This document shows positions 56,966 through 64,000 of a stretch of DNA of 64,000 nt, in pieces. The notes beneath the pieces are model-generated. The model saw only the letters and a program-made list of their open reading frames with translations, was not told the origin of the DNA and did not search any database. Position 1 is the stretch's first letter, and each line of letters opens with the position of its first letter. Where the stretch lies: contig JAFUOL010000002.1 of NCBI GenBank assembly GCA_017481865.1, forward strand, positions 161 to 64,160, written 5' to 3'. This stretch comes from Clostridia bacterium (lineage in GTDB: Bacteria; Bacillota; Clostridia; Oscillospirales; Acutalibacteraceae). The translations under genes and the position numbers were made by a program.

Positions 56966-57808
56966 ATGTTAGTTAATTTAGATTATGTATTGAATCTTGC
57001 CGAAAAAGGCAACTTTGCAATTCCTGCTTTCAATGTGTACAATATGGAAACCGTAATGGGTGTTTTGAAGGCAGCAGAGGAAACCAAGGCTCCTATCATA
57101 ATGCAGGTTTATCCCCGTCTTATGAAGGAGGAGACAGGTTACTTCCTCTCTCCCGTAATTCTTGCCGCCGCTAAGAGAGCAAGCGTTCCGGTATGCTTCC
57201 ACCTTGACCACGGCCCCTCCGAGCTTGAAACTACACGTTCTATCCGCTACGGAGCCACAGGCATTATGCTGGACGGTTCTACACTTCCTTTTGAGGAGAA
57301 TATTGCTCTTACAAAGAAGGTTGTTGAAACCTGCAAGTATGTAGACGTTCAGGTTGAGGGTGAATTAGGTCACGTAGGTACTACTAAGGACGCTGAAATG
57401 GACGAATTCACTACTGCCGAGGACGCTAAGAAATTCGTTGAGGAAACAGGCGTTGCCTGTCTTGCTGTTGCAGTAGGTACTGCTCACGGTAAGTACACTA
57501 AGCCTCCGAAGCTTGATATTGAGCGCATTAAGGCAATACGTGAAGCTACTAACAATACAGCTCTTGTACTTCACGGCGGTTCGGGTGTTCCCGACGAGGA
57601 AATTAAAAAGGCAGTAGCTGCCGGTATCCGCAAAATGAACTTTGCTACCGATATTTGCTATGCTTTCCTTGATTGCTGTCTCGACGAGCTTCAAAAGCCC
57701 GACCGTACAGTAGCAGTAGATAACTTCATGAAGAAGCCTATAGATGCTGTAAAGGATTTCTGCATTTCAAGAATTAAACTCGTTGGTGCCGATGGCAAAG
57801 CGAAGTAA
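56966..57808 (+). CDS. Class II ketose-bisphosphate aldolase (FBA_II family; IolJ/GatY/KbaY-like)
   Basis: VCFHLDHG, GELGHVG, ALVLHGGSGVPDEE. Confidence 0.85.
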   Translation: MLVNLDYVLNLAEKGNFAIPAFNVYNMETVMGVLKAAEETKAPIIMQVYPRLMKEETGYFLSPVILAAAKRASVPVCFHLDHGPSELETTRSIRYGATGIMLDGSTLPFEENIALTKKVVETCKYVDVQVEGELGHVGTTKDAEMDEFTTAEDAKKFVEETGVACLAVAVGTAHGKYTKPPKLDIERIKAIREATNNTALVLHGGSGVPDEEIKKAVAAGIRKMNFATDICYAFLDCCLDELQKPDRTVAVDNFMKKPIDAVKDFCISRIKLVGADGKAK

Positions 57809-57823
57809 TCGGAGAATTTGATT

Positions 57824-58735
57824 ATGAGTAAGATAGTAGGAATAGGTGCTAATGTTTTTGACACCCTTTACAATATCCCTACTTACCCAACAGAAGATAC
57901 TAAAATGAGAGCGACCGCCAGCAAAACCGCTGGCGGCGGTCCTGTTGCTACAGGTCTTGTAGCGGCTCAGAAGTTGGGTGAGGAAACAGCATACATTGGT
58001 GTTTTATCCGATGATAACGGTGGTAAGTTCTTAAAAGAGGATTTTGAGAAATACGGTGTTGAAACAAACCTTATAGAAATAAAATCGGGTTACCGCTCCT
58101 TTGCATCGGTGCTTTGGCTTTGTGCTGACAGTGCAACCCGTACCTGTGTGTTTGATAAGGGAGATTTGCCGCCATTGGTACTTAACGATGCTCAAAAGCA
58201 GGCCATTTGCGATGCCGAGCTTTTAATGGTAGACGGTAATGAAATGGATGCGGCAGTAGAGGCTGCAAAAATAGCGAAAGCAAACGGAACCAAGGTGCTT
58301 TATGATTGTGGCGGTCTCTACGAGGGTGTAGAACGCCTTTTGGCATATACGGACATTATGATACCTTCAGAGGAATTCTCCTTAGGCCACACAGGCTGTG
58401 CTACTGCCGAGGAAGCCGCTAAAAAGCTTTATGAAATGTACTCCCCCGAGGTAGTAGTAATCACACAGGGCAAGCGTGGCGGAATTATTTTTGACGGTAA
58501 GGAAGTTGTTTCCTACCCCATTTATCCTGCTAAGGTTGTTGACTCCAACGGCTCGGGTGATGTGTTCCACGGAGCATTTGCCGCAGGTGTAGTTAAAGGG
58601 TACGATTATCTTAAATGCTGTCATTTCTCCAGTGCCGTATCGGGTCTTAAGTGTACCGGTGTAGGCGCAAGAGAAAGTGTACCGAGCTTCGATACAACTG
58701 AAAAATATTTAAAGGAGAACGGTTATGACTTATAA
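57824..58735 (+). CDS. PfkB-family sugar(-phosphate) kinase
   Basis: GGGPVATG and the C-terminal DSNGSGDVFHGAF signature. Confidence 0.85.
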   Translation: MSKIVGIGANVFDTLYNIPTYPTEDTKMRATASKTAGGGPVATGLVAAQKLGEETAYIGVLSDDNGGKFLKEDFEKYGVETNLIEIKSGYRSFASVLWLCADSATRTCVFDKGDLPPLVLNDAQKQAICDAELLMVDGNEMDAAVEAAKIAKANGTKVLYDCGGLYEGVERLLAYTDIMIPSEEFSLGHTGCATAEEAAKKLYEMYSPEVVVITQGKRGGIIFDGKEVVSYPIYPAKVVDSNGSGDVFHGAFAAGVVKGYDYLKCCHFSSAVSGLKCTGVGARESVPSFDTTEKYLKENGYDL

Positions 58736-59513
58736 GAGACATTGGGACTATACTAAAGAAGGCTTTGTAAAAATTTACGAAACCAAAAACAGTGCTTGTA
58801 ATTTAATGGAAGTTTACGGTCTTATGCTTAAAGCAGGCAATTCTTATAATTGCGAGACCGGCAACATGGAATACGGTATTACCATTCTTGACGGTACCTG
58901 CGATATTATAGGCGAGGGCTTTGATTTCAAGTCTGTAGGTAAGCGAAAGAATGTATTTGAGGGTAACGCAACTGCTGTTTATATCCCTAAGGGTGAGAAA
59001 TTCACCGTTAAGGCTGTAAGCGATGTAAGAATAGTAATCACCGCATGCCCTGCGGCTGAATATTTCGACCCCTATGTGGTAAATCCTGAGGATGTTATCG
59101 TTAAAACCTTTGGCAAGCCCGGCTTTGAGCGTGAGGTTCACTTTATTATGGACGAACGCTTTGCAGGCAACCGTGTTTATATCGGTGAAAACTACATTAA
59201 GGGTAACGAGTGGACCGGCTTCCCCGGACACAAGCATGACGAAAATACCGAGAATGAGAAGTTTGCCGAGGAAATTTATTATTTCGAATTCGATAAGGAG
59301 ACCGGTTACGGTATTCAGCAGGTTTACTCTGCAGACCTCCTTATTGACGAAGCATACACCACAAGAAACGGTGACTTTGTAGAAATACCCAAGGCATATC
59401 ACCCCGGTACCGTAGCCCCCGGCTATACAGGTTATTTGCTTTGGCTTATGAGCTGCGATGAGCGTGGTCTCGTAAGCACTGCCGACCCCGAACAGGCTTG
59501 GCAAAATAAGTAA
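58725..59513 (+). CDS. KduI/IolB-family cupin isomerase (5-deoxy-glucuronate isomerase-like)
   Basis: FPGHKHDENTENEKFAEEIYYFEF metal/cupin motif; 262 aa. Overlaps the kinase gene by 11 nt. Confidence 0.7.
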   Translation: MTYKRHWDYTKEGFVKIYETKNSACNLMEVYGLMLKAGNSYNCETGNMEYGITILDGTCDIIGEGFDFKSVGKRKNVFEGNATAVYIPKGEKFTVKAVSDVRIVITACPAAEYFDPYVVNPEDVIVKTFGKPGFEREVHFIMDERFAGNRVYIGENYIKGNEWTGFPGHKHDENTENEKFAEEIYYFEFDKETGYGIQQVYSADLLIDEAYTTRNGDFVEIPKAYHPGTVAPGYTGYLLWLMSCDERGLVSTADPEQAWQNK

Positions 59514-59580
59514 AATGTATTATAATAGAGATATGTCTTTTGGCATATCTCTATTATATTAAAAAGTGAGTTGTTTTTTT

Positions 59581-60444
59581 ATGATTACAATAAAAAATGA
59601 TTATTTAACCGCAAAAATCAATGAGGTCGGCGCTGAGCTTAAAAGCCTTGTTTGCAATGATACCCAGTATATCTGGACAGGTGACGAAAGGTTTTGGGCT
59701 GGCTCCGCTCCGTTACTTTTCCCCATTTGCAGCGGACTTAAGGATGACGAATACTACCTTGACGGTAAAAAATATACTCTGCAAAAGCACGGTTATGCCC
59801 GTTTTTGCAAATTTGAGGTTGAAAATCAGGTGGAGGACAGTGTAACATTTTTGCTTTGTTCAAACGAGGAAAGCTTAAAGCAGTTCCCCTTCCGTTATGA
59901 ACTGCGTGTTACATACACCCTTGAAAATAAGACCTTAAAGGTTAAATATGACGTTAAAAATCTATCGGATGATACTATGTACTTCTCAATCGGCGCTCAC
60001 GAGGGCTACTACTGTCCCGAGGGAATAGAGGAATATGATGTTATTCTGCCCGAGGCTGAAACCCTTGATTCTACCGTGCTTGAAGGTAATGTTTTAGGTA
60101 ATAACAAGGTGCGTATTATAGAAAACAGCAATAGGATTGCTTTAAAGTATGACTATTTCGCCGTTGATGCACTTGTTTTTAAGGATATGAAGGCAAGAAG
60201 TGCAGTTCTTAAAAACCGAAACAACGGCAAAGCGGTAAAGGTTACCTTTGAGGGATGTGATTACTTCCTGCTTTGGACTAAACCCGATGCACCCTATATT
60301 TGCCTTGAACCGTGGTGCGGTATTTCCGATAATAAAGACACCGATAAGAACTTCAAAACCAAAGAGGGTATAAGACAAATAGCCGCAGGCGGTAATTTTG
60401 TAAATGAACACTCTATTGAGGTTTTGGACAACGGAGGTAAATAA
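59581..60444 (+). CDS. Aldose 1-epimerase (mutarotase-fold) family protein
   Basis: LLFPICSGL, FSIGAHEGYY, CLEPWCG. ATG 59581 is preferred over GTG 59566. Confidence 0.8.
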   Translation: MITIKNDYLTAKINEVGAELKSLVCNDTQYIWTGDERFWAGSAPLLFPICSGLKDDEYYLDGKKYTLQKHGYARFCKFEVENQVEDSVTFLLCSNEESLKQFPFRYELRVTYTLENKTLKVKYDVKNLSDDTMYFSIGAHEGYYCPEGIEEYDVILPEAETLDSTVLEGNVLGNNKVRIIENSNRIALKYDYFAVDALVFKDMKARSAVLKNRNNGKAVKVTFEGCDYFLLWTKPDAPYICLEPWCGISDNKDTDKNFKTKEGIRQIAAGGNFVNEHSIEVLDNGGK

Positions 60445-61367
60445 TGCAGGTTTTTTCAGCAACATTAAATCAAATGCTGGTGCTGTTTATATTTATGGCA
60501 CTGGGATTTTTCCTCAATAAAAAACGGCTTTTGCCGCTGGACGATTCGGTAGTGCTTTCCAAGCTTGAAACCTATGCCTTTGTGCCCTGCTTGGTATTCA
60601 ATACCTTTTATAAGTACTGTACCGTTGAAAATTTCCGCCAGAAATGGGTGTATATCCTTTACGGTGCGGCGATAATGCTGGTTTCCTTAATTATAGGAAT
60701 TTTCTTAGCTAAGATTTTTGCAAAGGACAACTATCTGCAAAAGATATATACATATTCCTTTGCGGTGGCTAATTTCAGCTTTATGGGTAATGCGGTAGTG
60801 CTTGGCATATTCGGTGAGGATGTATTATTCGACTATATGATATTCACCCTGCCTTTGAATTTGTATGTTTATTCTTACGGCACAGCTTCACTTGTTCCTC
60901 AAAAGGAGGGTAAAAAGTTCTCCTTTAAGGTATTCATAAATCCTATATTTATATCCCTTTTATTAGGCGCTGTATTTGGACTTTTACAGATACCTCTGCC
61001 GAAATTTATAACTACTGCCGTATCCTCGGCAGGCGCATGTATGTCACCCTTGGCAATGCTCCTTACAGGCTTTGTAATAGGGGACTACAGCCTTAAAAAG
61101 CTGGCAAGTGAAAAAAAGGTTTACTTGGCATCTATTATAAGACTTATAATTTTACCTACAATATTTATACTTTTTTTGAAGGCACTTAATACGGATATTG
61201 CCATAATCCGTGTGGCTCTATGCGCTACCGCAATGCCTTTGGGTCTTAATACTGTCGTATTCCCTGCGGCTTACGGGGGAGACACTACACCCGGAGCCAG
61301 TATGGCACTTATATCACACCTTATGTCTATTATAACCATTCCGATAATGTTTGCTTTAATACTGTAA
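60444..61367 (+). CDS. AEC (auxin efflux carrier) family permease
   Basis: 307 aa with about 10 TM helices. TAATG overlap with the upstream gene. Confidence 0.75.
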   Translation: MQVFSATLNQMLVLFIFMALGFFLNKKRLLPLDDSVVLSKLETYAFVPCLVFNTFYKYCTVENFRQKWVYILYGAAIMLVSLIIGIFLAKIFAKDNYLQKIYTYSFAVANFSFMGNAVVLGIFGEDVLFDYMIFTLPLNLYVYSYGTASLVPQKEGKKFSFKVFINPIFISLLLGAVFGLLQIPLPKFITTAVSSAGACMSPLAMLLTGFVIGDYSLKKLASEKKVYLASIIRLIILPTIFILFLKALNTDIAIIRVALCATAMPLGLNTVVFPAAYGGDTTPGASMALISHLMSIITIPIMFALIL

Positions 61368-61380
61368 AGGAGAAAGAGAA

Positions 61381-62850
61381 ATGAAATATCTTTTAGGTAT
61401 AGATTTCGGCGGCGGAGCCTCAAAGGCTACCCTTATTGATACTAACGGCAATATAATTGCCGAAAATACCGTAGAATACCCAACCCTTTATCCCGAAATA
61501 GGCGCCTGCGAGCAGGACCCTAAAGACTGGATAAATGCCCTTTGCGAAAACTCGAAGGCTTTACTCAAAAAAAGCGGTATAAATAATTCCGATATTTTGG
61601 CTGTTGCCATTGATTCGGCTACCCATACCTCCCTTGTATGCGATGAAAATTTCAGCCCACTGCGTAATGCTATACATTGGACAGATACCCGTTCACGTGC
61701 TCAGGCGGATAAATTAAGGGAGGAAATGGGAGATAAAATCTTTAAAAAGACCTTCCATAAGCCTGATACTATCTGGACTTTGCCCCAGCTTTTGTGGCTT
61801 AAAGAGAAAGAGCCCGAAACCTTTAAAAAGATAAGCTACATATTTTTTGAAAAGGATTATATCCGTTATTATCTTACAGGTGTTTTCTGTACCGACCATA
61901 TAGAGGCAGAGGGCAGTATGCTTTTCGACTGCAACCGTATGGAGTGGGACAGCGAACTTTGCGAAATCGCAGGTATAACCGAGGAAATGCTCCCCAAAGT
62001 AGTGAAGCCTACCGATATTATAGGTAAGATTACCGCTGATGCCGCAAAGGCTACGGGACTTAAGGAGGGCACCGACGTTATTTGCGGCACTACCGATACT
62101 GTAATGGAGGTTTTCGCTTCAGGTGCAGTTAAAAAAGGTGATGTTACCGTAAAATTAGCTACAGCCGGCAGAATTTGCGTTATAACCGATAAGCCTTATC
62201 CTGACAGACACCTTGTAAACTATTCCCATATAGCGGATGGTATGTGGTACCCAGGTACTGCAACAAAATCCTGCGCCGCCTCCTACCGCTGGTACAGAGA
62301 TACCTTCGGCGGAGAGTATAAGGAGCTGGACGGCGGTGCCGCCGAAATACCCATAGGCTGTGACGGTCTTATATTCCACCCCTATTTAAACGGTGAGCTT
62401 ACTCCTTATGCCGACCCCATGCTTTGCGGCAGCTTTACGGGAGTACGTGCTACACACACAAAGGCTCACTTTACCCGTGCGGTACTGGAGGGTGTAGCTT
62501 ATTCTCTGCTTGACAGTAAAATGTATCTCGATTCACTTTACATTCCTTATGACAGCGTTGCTACCGCTATAGGCGGCGGCACAAAGGGTAAGCTTTGGAG
62601 ACAGATGATTGCCGACACCTTGGGAATTGCCCTTAAAACCACCGAAAGCAGCGACTCCTCCTTCGGCTCTGCCATGCTTGCAGGTATAGCGGTAGGCGTG
62701 TTTAAGAATGCCGAGGATGCAGTTAAAAAGTGCGTAAAGCAGGTGGATATAACCTATCCTAACGCATACAACACTGAAAAATACCGTAAGGTTTACGAGA
62801 CCTATAAAAAAATCCACGACGCTTTAGCACCTATTTATCACGAAAGGTAA
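61381..62850 (+). CDS. FGGY-family carbohydrate kinase (xylulokinase/ribulokinase-like), substrate unknown
   Basis: LLGIDFGGGASKATL and ATAIGGGTKGKLWRQMIADTLG. Confidence 0.88.
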   Translation: MKYLLGIDFGGGASKATLIDTNGNIIAENTVEYPTLYPEIGACEQDPKDWINALCENSKALLKKSGINNSDILAVAIDSATHTSLVCDENFSPLRNAIHWTDTRSRAQADKLREEMGDKIFKKTFHKPDTIWTLPQLLWLKEKEPETFKKISYIFFEKDYIRYYLTGVFCTDHIEAEGSMLFDCNRMEWDSELCEIAGITEEMLPKVVKPTDIIGKITADAAKATGLKEGTDVICGTTDTVMEVFASGAVKKGDVTVKLATAGRICVITDKPYPDRHLVNYSHIADGMWYPGTATKSCAASYRWYRDTFGGEYKELDGGAAEIPIGCDGLIFHPYLNGELTPYADPMLCGSFTGVRATHTKAHFTRAVLEGVAYSLLDSKMYLDSLYIPYDSVATAIGGGTKGKLWRQMIADTLGIALKTTESSDSSFGSAMLAGIAVGVFKNAEDAVKKCVKQVDITYPNAYNTEKYRKVYETYKKIHDALAPIYHER

Positions 62851-62856
62851 ATACCT

Positions 62857-64000
62857 ATGAAGATACTTGTTTGTATCCGTCAGGGACTTGACGGCGAGAT
62901 AAACCCCTTTGATGCCTGTGCTTACGAAGCCGCCTTGCAGATAAAGGGAGCAGAGGTTACCGTTATGAGTATGGGACCTCAAAATGCTAAGGACTTTTTG
63001 CTCCGCTTAACAAGACTCGGTGCTAAAAAGGCAATATTGCTGTCCGACAAAGCCTTTGCAGGGGCAGATACCATTGCTACGGCTTATACCTTGTCTCTGG
63101 CGGTTAAAAAGCTCAGCCCCGACCTTATTTTCTGCGGAAGACAGACCCTTGTAGGGGATACTGCGCAGACAGGACCGATGCTTTCGGTTTATGCCGAAAC
63201 CTCACTTATAACCAATGTTATGAGCATTGACGAAATAGGGGAGAGTATTACCTGCACTACCAGAGATATGGGCATACAGACGGCAAAGCTGCCTGCCCTA
63301 ATTACGGTAGAGCGTATAAATACCTTAAGACTTCCCAGTATAATGTCAAAACTCGGCGAGGTTGAGGTTTGGAGTGCCGAGGATATCGGCGCAGACATAG
63401 AAAAATGCGGTCTTAAAGGCTCGCCGACACGTGTGCTTAAAACCTATGAAAACTATTCAGGCAAAAGAAAATGCAAGCTTATAACCGCCGAGGAATTGGA
63501 CGGAGTTATAAACGAGGCGCTTAAAAAGAATAGGGAAAAGGTATCGGTTGCTAAAAGCGATATTAAGCTTAACCGTGTGTTCATCGTAGGTGACGAGCCT
63601 TACAGCTTTGCCGAGACGGTAAGTGATGATATAACTGTTCTTGAAAAGACCGATGCTGAGACTATAGCAGAAACAATCAAAGCCCAAAAACCGAATGCGG
63701 TCTTGTGGGCGAGTGATGCCTGGAGCAAGGAAACTGCCGCTAAGGTAGCGGCAATGGTTGACTTAGGTCTTTGTGCTGATTGTACCACCCTTGAAACCGA
63801 CGGTGAACAGCTAATAATGTACCGTCCCGCCCTTTCGGGAAGTATAATTGCCAAGATAGTAAGCCTTACAAAGCCTGCTATGGCAACAGTAAGAACCGCA
63901 AAGTCGGGCGGAGATATAGTAGTAGCCGCAGGCTGGGGCGCTAAGGACAGCCTTGATACCGTAAAAGCCTTCGCTCAAAGAATAGGTGCTGATATTGCAA
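62857..64000 (+). CDS. Electron transfer flavoprotein with EtfB-like and EtfA-like halves fused in one ORF; 3' end outside window
   Basis: My own translation from ATG 62857 is stop-free to nt 64000. N-half: MKILVCIRQ..., MSMGP, LLSDKAFAGADT, CGRQTLVGDTAQTGP, LKGSPTRV. C-half: LGLCADCTTL, MYRPALSG, AMATVR, VVAAGWG, RIGADIA. Absent from the ORF track because it has no stop. Confidence 0.8.
   Translation, partial: MKILVCIRQGLDGEINPFDACAYEAALQIKGAEVTVMSMGPQNAKDFLLRLTRLGAKKAILLSDKAFAGADTIATAYTLSLAVKKLSPDLIFCGRQTLVGDTAQTGPMLSVYAETSLITNVMSIDEIGESITCTTRDMGIQTAKLPALITVERINTLRLPSIMSKLGEVEVWSAEDIGADIEKCGLKGSPTRVLKTYENYSGKRKCKLITAEELDGVINEALKKNREKVSVAKSDIKLNRVFIVGDEPYSFAETVSDDITVLEKTDAETIAETIKAQKPNAVLWASDAWSKETAAKVAAMVDLGLCADCTTLETDGEQLIMYRPALSGSIIAKIVSLTKPAMATVRTAKSGGDIVVAAGWGAKDSLDTVKAFAQRIGADIA

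Noticed and set aside
58803-59504. 233-aa antisense ORF covering the IolB-like gene, and the 199-aa ORF at 48467-49066 antisense to pflB
   Set aside because: The sense genes carry clear family motifs and SDs. The antisense frames have neither.
1-64000. CRISPR arrays, rRNA genes, prophage or defence-system genes
   Set aside because: I saw no regularly spaced direct repeats, no rRNA-like conserved blocks, and no ORFs with nuclease/helicase/methylase, Cas, toxin-antitoxin or phage-structural signatures. The only repeats are the short AATTCGGAATT palindromes.

Overview
64-kb chromosomal window from a mid-GC, spore-forming Firmicutes/Clostridia-type genome (spoIIR, ypeB, PolC-type replicase, dgt-dnaG-rpoD and pyrH-frr-uppS-cdsA-dxr-rseP-ispG-polC gene orders). 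Most of it is core housekeeping: translation and replication genes, MEP isoprenoid genes, tRNA thiolation, pflBA, three tRNAs and several solitary ECF-type S components. I see no rRNA, CRISPR array, transposase, integrase or phage genes. Two riboswitches are recognisable by eye on the minus strand: a cobalamin riboswitch upstream of a DUF4430/S-component pair, and a ZTP (pfl-motif) riboswitch upstream of pflB. A third structured attenuator leader of unknown class precedes an orphan Na+-decarboxylase beta subunit. The accessory or unusual parts are: (1) an RpiR-flanked operon of at least 10 genes (52981 to the window end) that mixes an IolJ/IolC/IolB-like module with a FucI-like isomerase, an FGGY kinase, a GlcD/GlcF-like flavo-Fe-S dehydrogenase and a single-polypeptide EtfB-EtfA fusion, and fits no pathway I know; (2) a low-GC Gtr-like glycosylation island next to tRNA-Thr; (3) a PolC that lacks the proofreading exonuclease insertion; (4) an in-frame EamA permease-IspE fusion; (5) a short palindromic AATTCGGAATT repeat family placed just after stop codons. 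All calls come from reading the translations and the DNA by eye. No database search was run, so family names are recollection-based and should be confirmed with HMM or covariance-model searches.
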